Shown piece after piece: positions 14,071 to 27,827 of a stretch of 64,000 bases of DNA (position 1 is its first letter; each line of letters begins with the position of its first letter). This stretch comes from the human T2T-CHM13v2.0 reference genome, Homo sapiens. A program made the translations under genes and the position numbers. The stretch lies in NCBI RefSeq assembly GCF_009914755.1, contig NC_060933.1; one strand, given 5' to 3'. The notes below the pieces were generated by a model. The model worked only from the letters and a program-made list of their open reading frames with translations, was not told the DNA's origin and made no database searches.

Positions 14071-15537
14071 TGTGATATTGTGATACAATAAGAAATATAT
14101 ATTTGGTCTCTGCCCACCTTTTCTTAGACAGAGTTCCTAAAAGCCTTGTAGATAAGGGTGCTAGGAGAATCTTTTGCTCTATAGAGAAGAAGTAATATTT
14201 TTTTCTTACCCATCACAAGGCTCATGACTGAGACCTCTACAACAAAAGACAGATTAAAAAGAGAAAAGCATACAAATGTGTTTAATATAAGTTCTACATG
14301 ATACAGGAGCCTTCAGAAATCAACCCTCAAAGAAACGGGAAAATTATATTTTTATGGACAGCCATGCAGAAGTATGACTGGCGGACAAAAAGGTCTGATC
14401 TAATGGTAATAAACTTAACAAGGCCCGTTTATTCAGTTTCTTCTTGGTATCCCTGTGTGACATTTTTTTCCCTCTGGGTATAAGGCAAGCCATGTCTGTG
14501 TCTCTTGAGGGCCTTCAGGGGACAAGGGAGGAAGGTCAGAGAGTTTTATGGTCTGCTTCCAGGAAGAAAGGGTGAGGATAATTTGAGTTTTTATCGCCCA
14601 CTTCAGGAGAAAGGGGAAGGGAGAAGGTCAGAAAGACCTTTTGCAGTCTTCTCAAATGCCAAAGTACCATATTTTGGGATTTTCTTCTCCTCATCTGTTC
14701 TAATATTTGATCTTTGACCCCTGACACAGAGCTCCTGAGATCTTTGTAATTTCCTGAGTGATAGGAGCATTTTTTGTTTTCATGAAGTGATTCTTGGTGG
14801 ACTCCTGGATAGCCTCAGGATGGGGGCTGGTTGATGGGAGAACCAACCATGTGATTACAGGGTTGGAACTTTCCACCCCACCTCCAGACCTCCGGGGAGG
14901 AGAGAGGGCCTGAAGGCTGAGTTGATCACCAATATCCAGTGGTGTGATATAATCAAACACTCCTATGTAATGAGGCCTCCTTAAGAATTCAAAAGGACAG
15001 GGTTTGGAGAGCTTCTGCATTGCTGAACACATGGAGGTGCAAGGACAGTGGTGTAGCCCAAGAGGGCATGGAAGCTCCGTGTTCCCTGCCTATATCTTCC
15101 CTATACATCTCTTCCATCTGGTTGTTCATCTGTATCCTTTATAGTATCCTTTATCATAAACCAGTAAACATAAAATATTTCCCTGAGTTCTGTGAGCTGC
15201 TCTAGCAAATTGATCAAACTCAAGGAAGGGGTTGTAGAAATCCCAGATTTATAGCTGGCTGGTCAGATGTATCAGATGTACTTGCGATTGGCATCTGGAA
15301 TGGGGGAAGACTTGTGGGACTGAGCCCTTAGCCTGTGTGTTCCACCACTATCTCCAGGTAGATAGTTTCCTAATTAAATTGAATTACAGGACATCCAGTT
15401 GGTGTCCACTGGGGAATTGGTAATTGGTGAGGAGACATCCCCACACACATTTTGGTACCCAGAGGTGAAGTATTGTATTGAGAATGGTGGGTAGAGTATG
15501 AGATTAGGAAGAAAACATTGCTTCTTTCCATTTCAAA
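14071..15537 (+). mobile_element. MER21-family LTR with a nested ERV1 LTR
   Basis: TGTGATATTGTGATACAATAAGAAATATATATTTGGTCTCTGCCC start; ggggctggttgatgggagaaccaaccatgtgatt...ccctgagttctgtgagctgctctagcaaatt. Confidence 0.85.
14180..14693 (-). mobile_element. MER31/MER34-group ERV1 LTR nested in MER21
   Basis: caaaagacagattaaaaagagaaaagcatacaaat...tgccaaagtaccatattttggga; MER21 sequence resumes at tgttctaatatttgatctttgacccc. Confidence 0.6.
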
Positions 15538-15792
15538 CAGAATGTAATATGCCTAGCCTATTTTAATTAAGATGTTTTTGTTAGTATTATTATCATTATA
15601 AGGATGCATAAATTTGGGAATCCTGAACTGAACCCACGGCTCATGAGAACTTAGTATTCATAAAAATTCAAAATAGCTGGGGCTATTAACTGGATTTAAC
15701 CCTTTGAAATTGTTAATCAAATAGGCTTAATTTAATTCACCCATTGGCAGCTGGAATACATCTTTGAGTTAAATGAACAATACGCAGTTTTA

Positions 15793-16236
<444 letters not shown>

Positions 16237-17659
16237 TTACAGAGAAACCAAATGTCTGCCTGAGTTTGGATATGTTTGTGTGTGGTGGTTGTTTATATGT
16301 GTCTGTGTGTTCATGAAGGGATATTTTATGCTTGAGGGATATTTTTAGTGGAAAAATTGAAAAAAAAATGTTGGCTTATGTCTAGGTTTTGTTTTTTCAT
16401 TAAATTCTTTTTTTTGGGGGGGGCAAAATATTTCAATCTTGAAAATAGTTCTTTTCCAGGTAAAAAAGTTTCTTCTATTATTCTTACAATCATTGCTTCA
16501 GTCATGTCTTTCTATTTTATTCCTCTTAGACTCTCTTTGCAACTTTATTGAATTCCCTACATTAACCTTCCGTGTCCCTTAGCTTAACAATTTTAATCTG
16601 CTTTCCCTGAGTTTGGGGAGAATTTCTGGTTACAAATTTGAATTTTTAAGATAAGTCACTGGTTAGTAAGCCTTCATTAATTTTATTAAGCTTGTTATTT
16701 AAGTTTTTTACCTCCATGTTTGATATAGTTTTATAGAAACAGGTCCTTTTGATTCCTATTGTAAGCACATAATACAGATGTTCTAAAGCACTTTCCTGTT
16801 TTCCTTGCAGCAAATTTGTTATTTTATAGGAAGACATTTGCTCTGAATTCTCATGGTGATCCCTTGCTTTTGAACTACCATATCTTTTTTATATGCCTTG
16901 TACATTTTTTTTTGTCTTAGTTGTTCACTCTTGCAAAGGAATAGCTAGGCTTGTCAGGGATTGGGAATTGAAAGGGGATCTACCAGGCTTGAGTATGAGG
17001 CCTTGTTTCAAATTTTTACACCCAGATGAGGGGTAAAGAATGGTACTTGGTTTCATTTTGCCACTTCAAAGATCCTTCAGCCTGTGGGGAATGAGGATAG
17101 AGCAGAAGCCAGAGCCAGAGTTGGAGAAGAGCATCAGAGGCAGTTATACCTGGGAGCTTTGCCCAAAATTTCTGTTTTGCGTTTGGCATGCAGTCAGGGT
17201 TTTTCTGGGGCAGGGCCCCTGCTATTGTCTGGCGCAGTCACACCTTTTAAGATCTAATGGTATCTCTGCCATTACCCTTCACCAAATGTGGCTGCCAGGA
17301 CAAATTTCAACTGAGAGGAAAGCTGCCACAGAGGCTTCAGGCTTGGCAAGACCTCCAGGATGAGAAGTGCTTTAGGTGTCACTAGTGGGATGTGGATTTC
17401 TTCTTCCTGCTCCCTGCCGTCTCTGTGATCTCGCATGCTATTATCCCACCTCCTTCTTCATGCCCAGCCCTCACAGCCTTTGTTTCTCTGAGTTACACCA
17501 GAAGTCAGCACTTAGTTATATAAAACCCAAAAGGAAAAGACCCTGCCAAGAGGGGTAGCTTGGCCCAGAGTTCTACAGCATGGGGAGTTTGCTTGGTTGT
17601 TGGCTGATTTTGCTTCAGGGTATTTTCCTGTGTCTCCTTTGTGTCACGCATTCAGTCAT

Positions 17660-17770
17660 ATAATCTCTGGAGCGGGAGTGAGGAATCTGTATTTCTTAAA
17701 AGCTTCTGACGTGATTGGAATGCAGCTGGTCCTTAGATCTCTGACATTTATTTGCAAATCATGAACCTGA
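17660..17770. mobile_element. MER5A fragment
   Basis: aatctctggag...ggaatctgtatttcttaaaagcttc...gtgatt...atgcagctggtcc. Confidence 0.6.
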
Positions 17771-17929
17771 GAACAAGAGCTGAAAAAAAATGTGCCAATG
17801 TGTCTTTCTAACATTTTCTGAGCACCTACTTTATGCAAATTGCTCTGCTATGACGGTGCTGCTGCGTAGGATAGCAAGGAGTACAAGGGGGAGAAATGTA
17901 CAACCTAATTAGGCAGAAAAGAGGTTTTG

Positions 17930-18170
17930 CAAAAATAGTTAACATTTATCCAGTGCACTTCCCTTAGCACTTCACACACATTAGCTGGAATTGATCCTTG
18001 CAATAACCCCATAACCCCAGGATTGGGAAACCATTATTTTCCCTCCTCTATGAATAGGAAAACAGAGGTTTTAAAAGAGGTAGGAAGCTTGTCAGCATCA
18101 CTCAGGTAGCAAGTGGCAGGGCTTAGAACCTGAGCATGCAAAGTTTGCCTCCAGGCTGCATTTTAAATAA
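17930..18170 (-). mobile_element. MIR
   Basis: aacatttatccagtgcactt...caataacccc...aggaaaacagagg...agtggcagggcttagaacc. Confidence 0.65.
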
Positions 18171-19109
18171 ATTCTATTGCCTCCCACAGAAGGAGATAAT
18201 GGACAGGATCGTTGATCTGTGGTTAGGCCAAGTGGAAATTCAGATTCTAAGTGTTGTGTGTGTTCAGAAGGGTGATGCATCACAGAAAAGGCAACCTGGA
18301 CTGGGAGTTGGGGTGTTTGGGCCAGGGGAGGCATAGTGGGTGTCACTGGGGAGTTGGGCTGTTCTCACAGTTGCATCTAGGCAGCCAGTCTAGAGTGCCC
18401 TGTCTCTCACATGCCCTGAACATCCACTTCCCTCCTTCTCCCCAGTCTGCCATTTACAGCCAGTGTTGATGGAGGCTGTACCCACCTGTGTTTGCCAGAA
18501 GCCTGAATGCTCCCTTGTCTGTTTTTAAGCTGTTTGCCTATGACAGAGTAGGAATAACAAGATGGGAAACATCTCTAATATAATTTTAGAGGCCCTGTGT
18601 GCCATTTCAGCTTCAGTTTGTTGTTTTTCCCTTTCTCTTTATGATAGTAAAGATTGGCTACTGCCTCTGATCTTGTCAAAGAAGCATAAAAGGGTCATTT
18701 ACTAGCTTTTGGGATAACTTATCCAAGTGGATTTCCAAATATTTTGTACAAACCTAATGTAAATATCTTGTAAAAATTGTAGCATAAATGCCTCAGTCAC
18801 ATTCAGGGGAACATCAGAGGGAAGAAATGTTTTCAATGTTGTTTTATTTTCTGTGATGTTATTAGAATTTGGTAATATATTATGTCATTGTTATTACTAG
18901 GAATTTAGTAAGTGATTAACTACACAGGTTGCTTTGGTTGACTTTACACAGAAAAAAGCAGAGAAATAGTCTGCCCCTAAGAGATGTGTTATCTGAGATA
19001 AATTTAAAACAAATAACACTGGCATAAATATTAAATAAAACCAGAGAGGATGAAGCCCTATGAGAAAGGGAGCATAGCACAGCATTTAGTATATAGTATA
19101 AAGTATGCT

Positions 19110-19285
19110 CTAGTATAATATTTAAGAACACAGATTCTAAAGCCAGGCTGCCTGATTTCAAAGCCCCACTCTCCATATGGCTGTCTGACCTTAGGTAAGT
19201 CACTTAAAGCTTCATTTTTCTCATCTGTAACATGGGGATGCCAATCATATCTATCTCATAAGTTTGTCATGCTTATTAAATATGT
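19110..19285 (+). mobile_element. MIR
   Basis: aagaacacagattctaaagccaggctgcctg...tgaccttaggtaagtcacttaa...ctcatctgtaacatgggga. Confidence 0.8.
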
Positions 19286-19529
19286 ATATATAGCATATAT
19301 ATGTTATTTAAACTATATCTATTGTTTATCTATCCCATACATTTAGTATATCTGAAGGGAAAAATTAATAGCAAAATCATAATGAGTTGTCAGAATGCCA
19401 ATTATAAACTTCTTTTGCCTTGGTCAAAGATATTACCACAAGATAGTGTTGGTTGAACTTGATTTCTCTGTTAGAGGCAAAATAGGAAAATGGAAGCATT
19501 TCTTACATGTTGGTGGATTGTATTGGACA

Positions 19530-19770
19530 AAGATTTATGTAGTGCTTACTGTGGGTCAGACTCTGGCCAGAGAATTTTGCAAATATTATTTAGTTATTTA
19601 TTTAAATGGAGTGGGGAGGTCCTTATCATTCCCTGTTTTCAGATGAGGGGAGTGAAATACAGGGGATAAAGTAATGACTCCAAATCACACAGCTCATCAA
19701 TGGCAGAACTAGAACTCACACAGGACCTTGGGCTCCTTGGTCAGTGCTAGGAAACCCCACACTATGCTGC
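19530..19770 (-). mobile_element. MIR
   Basis: gtgcttactgtggg...ccctgttttcagatgagg...aaatcacacagct...tggcagaactagaactc. Confidence 0.65.
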
Positions 19771-20090
19771 CTCTCTTAGTATTTGAATGCTTGACCCATT
19801 GAGCAGAAGGTTTTATGAAGACACATGTAGCTTTGACTATAAAAGAGTAAAAGGAGCAGCAACTTACCAATTTTTCTATTTGCCTATCCCCGTTGACTCA
19901 GCTACCATTGGATCCTCAGTCCTAAGGAGACTATCAGGTAGAGACATCAAGGAAATCCTGCAGAGAGGCAGGGTGGAGGGGGTGGGATATGTTTTAACTT
20001 TTCTATAACAATATTTGGCCTCTCATTTGCTAGCTTTTCTTACCATGTCATGGATTTCTACAATTATGAAGCTAGAACAAGGCTTACTAC

Positions 20091-20225
20091 AGTCTTCTCA
20101 AACCTAAAATTGCATATGATTTGCCCTGGGATCTTGGTAAAGATTTTGACTCTGTAGGTCTGGGTGCAGCATTTCTAACAAGCTCCCAGGGGATGCTTCA
20201 GGCTTTGGGATCATAAAGCCTTGGA
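20091..20225. mobile_element. MER5A
   Basis: cagtcttctcaaacc...gattttgactctgtaggtctgggtg...catttctaacaagctcccaggggatgct. Confidence 0.7.
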
Positions 20226-21729
20226 GTTGTATGTGTCAACCCCATTACTGAACAAATAAAAACAATGAGGCCAAGAAAGATCCAGAAACTTGCCCATGGC
20301 CTCATGCTTATATTGAGATATGTCAAAAAAACAGATCAAAACAAGATATATAACTTTTACATCACTCAAAAAGGCACCTCTCATTAATCCTCATGACATC
20401 TTCATGAAATTTTACTCTTCTACTTACGATAAAGTAAAATGAAACACAGGGAAGAAAAATGACTTACTTTAAGCTTATTCAATAAGTTGTATCATACCTA
20501 GAGTATAAAGTAAATTTAGTAATGCCCCTCTGGCATTAAAATCACCCCTTTAAATAGTATGCAGAGCAATGACTGGAGAAATCCATGTGCTGAGGATTAA
20601 CATTTGTGTTACGGAGCTGGATTAAGGCATATCAGTGTAAAGTCCACTCAAGTTGCCTTTTATTTTGAGAATATTTTTTCTCCATTTGACCAACTTAATT
20701 TACAAACCATTAAGTAGAGATTCAACTTTGGGGATCATGTGGTCTTTTCTACTGAGGCTATTTGCAATGCTATTCTCATGTCTCAAGTACCTTTGAGAAA
20801 AATCATTGATAGAAACCACATGATGTTTTTGTGTTTTTATATCTGACACTTGCCCAAGGACAAGTTCAGTTTCTGTGTTTACTTATCTATACTTACTCTG
20901 ATTCCACAGAGAATTTAAGGCCACTGATATGCTTATTTTTGCAGGGGCCTTAGTCAGTTGCTCTAGAATTCAAGTGTCTTGCTGTGCCTCTGTTATGGGC
21001 CAGGGGCTCCACATATCGCATTGAATCTGTACAATAATCTGATTCAGTTAGCCTTGTTCCTGTACATTCAGAGATGAGAAGAGTAGAGGCCAGGGAGCTT
21101 AAGTAAAATCCCTAACGTCAAACAGTGTAGAAAATGGCAGCACTATGATTCAAACTCAAATCTACTAGCTTCCAAAACATCATGCCCTGCTTCACAGCAT
21201 TTGGCTAAATGTAGCTTTAGTTGTCTGGAAACCTCATAGACAGGTTTTTTTGTTTTGTTTTGTTTTGTTTTATTTGGTGGTGCTTGTTGTTTTTGTTGTG
21301 GGGCTTAAGGTCAGCCCTGAGCGAAATCATGAATTAGACCATTTTCTCCCATCTCTCTCTCACTTGCTCCTTTGTTCCTTAGTGGACCCACGGCAGCCTC
21401 CCATCTGAGCCTGCCTGGGCCTCTCCCTTAACCCTTCCCCTTATATTTTGGGTATCATATTTTTTTTCTTGGCTTGCTATCACATTAAAAGCAATATCTG
21501 CTTGCATTTATTCCTACTGGAAATGTTATTTTAAATATAGGCTTGTGAAGACAATAGAGTGCAATCCCAAATATTCTCTTTAACTATAGAATTTTTGGCC
21601 TGGTCCACCACTGGAGAAGATTGACTTAAAGATCTTCCCACTTCTCCAAATCAGACCCAACTTTTGCTGCATCAAAGGTTATCAGCCTCAGAACTATAAT
21701 ATTTTTGGCCACCAAACTATTAATATTTT

Positions 21730-21986
21730 GGGCACGGTGGCTCATGCCTATAATCCCAGCACTTTGGGAGGCAGAGGTCGGCAGATCATTTGAGGTCAGG
21801 AGTTTGAGACCAGCCTGGACAACATGAAGAAACCCAGCCTCTACTAAAATAAAAATTAGCTGGGCATGGTGGCACACACCTGTAATCCCAGCTACTTGGG
21901 AGGCTGAAGCAGGAGAATCACTTGAACTTGCGGGGTGGAGGTTGCAGTGATCACGCCACTGCACTCCAGCCTGGGCAACAGAGCGA

Positions 21987-21990
<4 letters not shown>
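21730..21990 (+). mobile_element. AluS lacking a poly(A) tail; followed by (CT)n
   Basis: GGGCACGGTGGCTCATGCC...GAGCGAGACTCT then CT repeats to 22017; short internal deletion near 21950. Confidence 0.93.
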
Positions 21991-22029
<39 letters not shown>

Positions 22030-22660
22030 GAGAGAAAAAAATGTATATGAGAAAATATATGTATATGAGAAATATATATATGAGAGAATATATATTTTAT
22101 ATATATATAAAATATATATTTGGCCATATACTTGGCAAAATATACATATTATATATCTATATATTATGTATATAATTGTATAATATATATTTTATATATA
22201 ATATATTATATATATTTTAGATATATATTTTATATATAATATATATTTATATATAATATATATAATATATTATATATTTTATATATACATTATATATATT
22301 TATATATAGTTATATATTATATATATTTTATATATTTATATAATATATAATATATATTATATGTATATTTTATATATATGTATATTATATATATTATATA
22401 TAATATTTATTATGTATTATGTATTATATATTTTATATTTTATATATTTTATATTTTATATTATATATATTATATATTATATAATATATTATATAATATA
22501 TATTATATATTATATTATATATAATATATATTATATATTATATTATATATAATATATATTATATATTATATTATATATAATATATATTATATATTATATT
22601 ATATATATTATATATTATATATTTTATATAATATATATATTTTATATATATAATATATAT
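21989..22660. repeat. (CT)n followed by ~640 bp AT low-complexity tract containing a 28-bp VNTR
   Basis: Unit TATTATATATTATATTATATATAATATA, about 4 perfect copies over 22491-22607. Confidence 0.95.
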
Positions 22661-24439
22661 AGCCAAATAATTCTGTGAGGGCAGTTTGTCTCCAGGCATT
22701 GCTAAATGTCCCCTGAGGGGCAAAATCAATCCTGGTTGAGAACCACCATTCTACACAAAAGTTAAGTTCTGCTTAAAGTGGTTATATAAGCAACACTTTG
22801 CTACTTCTCAGCAATGGGAATCCATTCCTAATACTTTTTAGACTGTTTGTCTATAGTTTGTTAAGCCTACACTTTGACTGAAATGTAGATGGTGAAAATT
22901 GAATAATTTTTTCAGTTGTTAAATGGCTTGACTTCCTACTCCCACTCTCCCATAAACATTATTTCTGCTCTTAAAAGTGTAACACACTCTAGTGGAAAAT
23001 GGCATAGTCCTAGTCAGAAACTCAGGCCAGAGATTAACTTTCTGTTTACTGGCTCTTCAGGCTTAGACAAAATTAGATCTCCACTTTTGTATTTGTAATA
23101 TGGGAATTTTTCCTGGGACAACACATTCTCTGCTTCTGTAAAAGGGATGAGATTTCCACTCTACTTCCCAGAGAGGGAAAATTGTGAAATTACGGGATGA
23201 ACACATTTTGCTTTTCCCCACCTCTCACTCATGCCTCCCCAGGGATGAAAGGGAGCTCAGCTGCTTGGTGAATTTGGAGACGGAACTGAGTGTGTCCAGC
23301 TCAAGCTCTTTCCCTCTTCAGAACTGCCTGCTTGCCAGTCTCCCTGCCCTCAACTGCCCCTGACTTGGAGATCTGTGGTTTTTTTCCTGGGGGCCAGGTA
23401 TGACTTGGGTGAAGTATTAGGAAACCCGGTGAAGGCTTAACAGTAAGCCTAGCTCTCCAATCCACTCGAAGAGCCGACATTTTGATCTTAGCTAGTTCCA
23501 AGTGCACATTGTAAGGAAACTGTTCCTCAGGGCTCCAGTAGACTTAGCAGAGCCTAGAACTATTGCTCACAATAGTAGTGATGGGTAAGCAAAAGGAGCA
23601 GGGCAAATCGCCTAACCTGGTGCCCGGTTACATGGTAGATATCCAATATGACCTAATTTTCATTTAAATTGTTATGTTTTACTACTTTTCTCTAAGCATA
23701 TTAAATTCTTCTTAAAGCCAAATACCCTTTTAGTTTTTTGTTATTTAGCTCACAGGCCAAATCAAAGGAGGAACAATGTCTAAGGGAGGAAAAAGCTCAA
23801 AGATCTTCACAGCAGTGTGGAAGTGAGGAGGAACCTGATTCGTTTATTTAGGAAGTATAAACCTCAATAAATTTCATAGTTTACCCTTGCACTGAGATTT
23901 GCTTGACTTTTATCTTAAAACACAACTTCCTATTTCTCAGTCCTGGCAACATCTTTCAGAGAATTCTCAGGTTGACTTTTTCTGTATTTCTTTTCCCCCT
24001 ATTTTCCCCTTTTTTCTTATTAATTCTCTCTCTTGTTTTTGCACTTGCTCATCCCCACCCCCACCCCCGTCTCCTTTCTTTCTTTCCCTCCCCTCTTTTT
24101 ATTTTTGCAAGTTGAATGAAAAGTAGCATGGAGTGTCTTACAAATACTTTGAGCAGGCAGCTAATCGTTTCTTAATCTTGGTGCACAGTCCTCTAAATTA
24201 TGGGAAGAGGAGATGGTGCATACTTTGCAGAAGACCTCACTGAGTGCAGAGCTGGCTGCATGCTTATCATGGTCACCATCTGTCAGTGATGTACAGAAGG
24301 GCCTTGTGCTGGTGAGACTTTGGCCAGGTCACTTCTAAGAGCATTCTAGACTTCCAGGCCAAAGGATTCAGGCAGCAAACACCTAGGCGGAAATTCAAAT
24401 AGTACCCATTCCTCTCTCCCCTTTCCATTTCACTATTTC

Positions 24440-25030
24440 TGAAGAATAAAGCCAATGTGACCTGAAGTCAAGAGAGTCATCAAGAAGCCCTAAAATGTCC
24501 GTCACCAATCAGCAAACACCTTCTTTCCCTGAGTTGGAGCGTGGATAACCTCGTGACTAATTTACCACATCTTTTTGTAATAGCAAGGAATTTTTAAGGT
24601 GTTTATCCCATCCACAGCTTTTTAAAGCAGTGAGTTCATTTAAATAATTACCTAGTCATTTAGTTAATGCATTCTTTTTTAAACTTGACTAACTACTGCG
24701 TATGAGGTTTTGGTGGAAAAAGAGCCCCCTTTATGTAATAGCACTGTTTTTTCCCCCGCAAAATAAACGCAACACAATTATTTTACTGCAGAGAAATTAG
24801 CTCATTTGCAAATGCCACCTCAGAACACAAGAAGAATGGCATTTATTGAAGCACTAATAAAGGCACCATGTTAGAATAATTTTATGCTGACGGGCCCACA
24901 ATCACTCAATATTTTAAGAGCTGTCATCACACCAGCATGAGCTGCATGCAAAAGTACAAATTTATGCTGTGACATCATGGCACTAAGAGTATAATTGGAA
25001 TAAAATTACCCAGCGTCTCTTTGGCATTTG
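24440..25030. promoter_or_regulatory. Candidate enhancer/promoter in repeat-free DNA
   Basis: CCAAT box (caccaatcagc, ~24504), TGACCT half-site, ATTTGCAAAT, AT-flanked TGCTGAC (Maf half-site, 24878-24891), several TAAT/TTTAT cores, retained CpGs. Confidence 0.35.
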
Positions 25031-26011
25031 CTGGCATTTCTGAGCCTTTCACTGCCCACCCAGAGTGGATTCTTGGTTTTTGCACCAGTGGCCACAGATT
25101 CTGTGAATGTGGGATGCACCAGGCTCACGGTAGTGGGCCCTCCAGGTGTTTCTAGAGGACACTTTTCGGTAGGTACTCAATGACCTGTACCGTTACTAAA
25201 CAGAGGGCTGCCCAGGCCTAGAAAATGGCAAGAATCACAAATCAGCCAAGGACACTCTTTAGATGTGGATAATTAAGCAAACAATCGCCATACAATGGTT
25301 GAAGACCTCATAGCATCAATTTTAGCAAGTTAATAAATTCTAGTCATGGCTCATGGTTACATGCTAAGCTTGAACAAATGAGAATGTCTGCGTAAAAATA
25401 GGGACTTTAAGATTCTGTCTTTTGACTTTTTACTGCATTTTTATTCTCATTGGGTCTTGGGGCGGGGAGTAAAAAACAACATCTGACAAGGGATGGCAGT
25501 GAGTGTGGAGAAAGGGCACAGACTTACCTGTCATGTTTAGACATGACACGCTGCTTGAAACCTCGCATTTCCTCAGCGCCTTTTGGGCATAATCAGACGT
25601 GCTCTGCACTGTGGGAGAAGGTGCTAATGTGAGTCTTCAAATCTGGGCTGAATTCTGTTGAGTTGATAAGTTTGTTTGGGCACTCAGGTGTGCCTGTCTG
25701 TCGAGGGATTTGAGGGGGAGGGGCAGTGAGAATACTGACTTCTGCAAAGCACAGGACACTGTTCCCCGTTGGGGTGCTGAATGTGTGGAGCTGGTTGAGA
25801 CTCTCTGTGGCCTCTAGGACCAGAGAGTGAGGGTCTTTAGTAAGCTTGATGGGATAGTTAATTTAGATGTAAGAGAGGAAATGTTGTAATTAACAGCCTC
25901 ACAGTTGGTAAACATAACACATTCCTGTGACTGGATGACAGAATATGGAGGCTGTTGGGATGAAGAATGTAGGTGTTGATTGCTCTGATGCTGTATTTGT
26001 ATAATGCTTTC

Positions 26012-26826
<815 letters not shown>

Positions 26827-27029
26827 GTCTTTTTATTTATTAGTATCTTAAATGCATTGAAATTATTTAGTTTTTGGTGTTTGATGAGTTTTTGATTACT
26901 GTGTAAACTAAAGCACAATTTCTAAAATCCTGTATTTTTCATACAAGTTAATTTTAAAAATGATTTTTTATTAGAAAAAATTTTTTGCTAAAGTGCAAGT
27001 AAACATAAGGTGATCTCAGTGAAGAATAG

Positions 27030-27210
27030 TAAGAAAGTACCAGGCTTTGGAATCAAATAGACCACGGTTTTGTACAGTGCCATGTGTATTTGAGTAACCC
27101 TGAGTTTTAGCTGCCTGACTTGTCAAATGGAGATAATAATAATTTCTTCATAGAGCTGTTGTAAAGAGTAAATAAGGCTGTGTTTTTAAAGTCTCTATAG
27201 TACATAGTAG
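27030..27210 (+). mobile_element. MIR
   Basis: caggctttggaatcaaatagacc...aaatggagataataat...catagagctgttgtaaagagtaaat. Confidence 0.7.
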
Positions 27211-27248
27211 TTTCTTCCCTTATTTTATTGACTATTAACAGTGTCGAT

Positions 27249-27827
27249 TGTGGCAGTTATATAGTTGTGGCAATTTAAAAATATGGCCACAAATTCTTTG
27301 ACATTTACCTCATTAAGAAGTGATGTTTATGTCCACTCCTTTTGAATCTATGTGGCTTTGTAATATTTCAACCTATGGAGTATAGCAGGAAGGAAGCTAT
27401 ATGTTTTCTAAGAGTAGGCCATGAATGGCTTCATTTGTTGAAATGCTCACTCCTGGAGCCCTGAGCTACCAGGTCAAAAGCAACTACCCTTCCATGCTGT
27501 GAAGAAGCCTAAGCTTCATGGAGAGGTCACCTGTCCACACTCCAGTGGATAGTCCCATCTAAGCCCAACTTTTGAGTCATTCTATTTCAGGCACCAGACA
27601 TGAAAGTCAAGAAGCCCCCAAATGACTCTAATCCTAGAGGTTGCAGCCTCCCAAAGCCCCGGAGTTTTGCCAGATGTGGCCCCAGACATCATGGAGCAGA
27701 GAAGTTATTCTACTGTGCTCTGTCTAAATTCCTGAACTAGAGAATCCACGAGTCTAATAAAATGGTTGTCACTTTAAGCCACCAAGTTTGGGATGATTTG
27801 TTATGCTGCAATAGAATACTGGAGCAT
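27249..27827 (+). mobile_element. MLT1G/H-type MaLR LTR
   Basis: atggccacaaattctttgac...aataaaatggttgtcactttaagccaccaagtttgggatgatttgttatgctgcaatag. Confidence 0.8.

Larger units (their letters stand above)
21673..22749 (-). mobile_element. MER20 split by an Alu and an AT-rich tract (pieces 21673-21729 and 22661-22749)
   Basis: Left piece: cagcctcagaactataatatttttggcc. Right piece: ccaaataattct...tctccaggcattgctaaatgtcccctgaggggcaaaatc...ggttgagaaccac. Confidence 0.8.

Noticed and set aside
19193-19202. Consensus donor AG|GTAAGT
   Set aside because: It lies in a MIR at a position one or two changes from the MIR consensus, and no convincing upstream acceptor exists.
22361-22552. Tyr/Ile-rich ORF; also poly-CV/RE at 12730 and poly-L at 62955
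   Set aside because: These are translations of simple repeats.
22491-22607. 28-bp repeats as a CRISPR-like array
   Set aside because: The repeats are head-to-tail with no spacers, pure AT, in a primate context with no cas genes.
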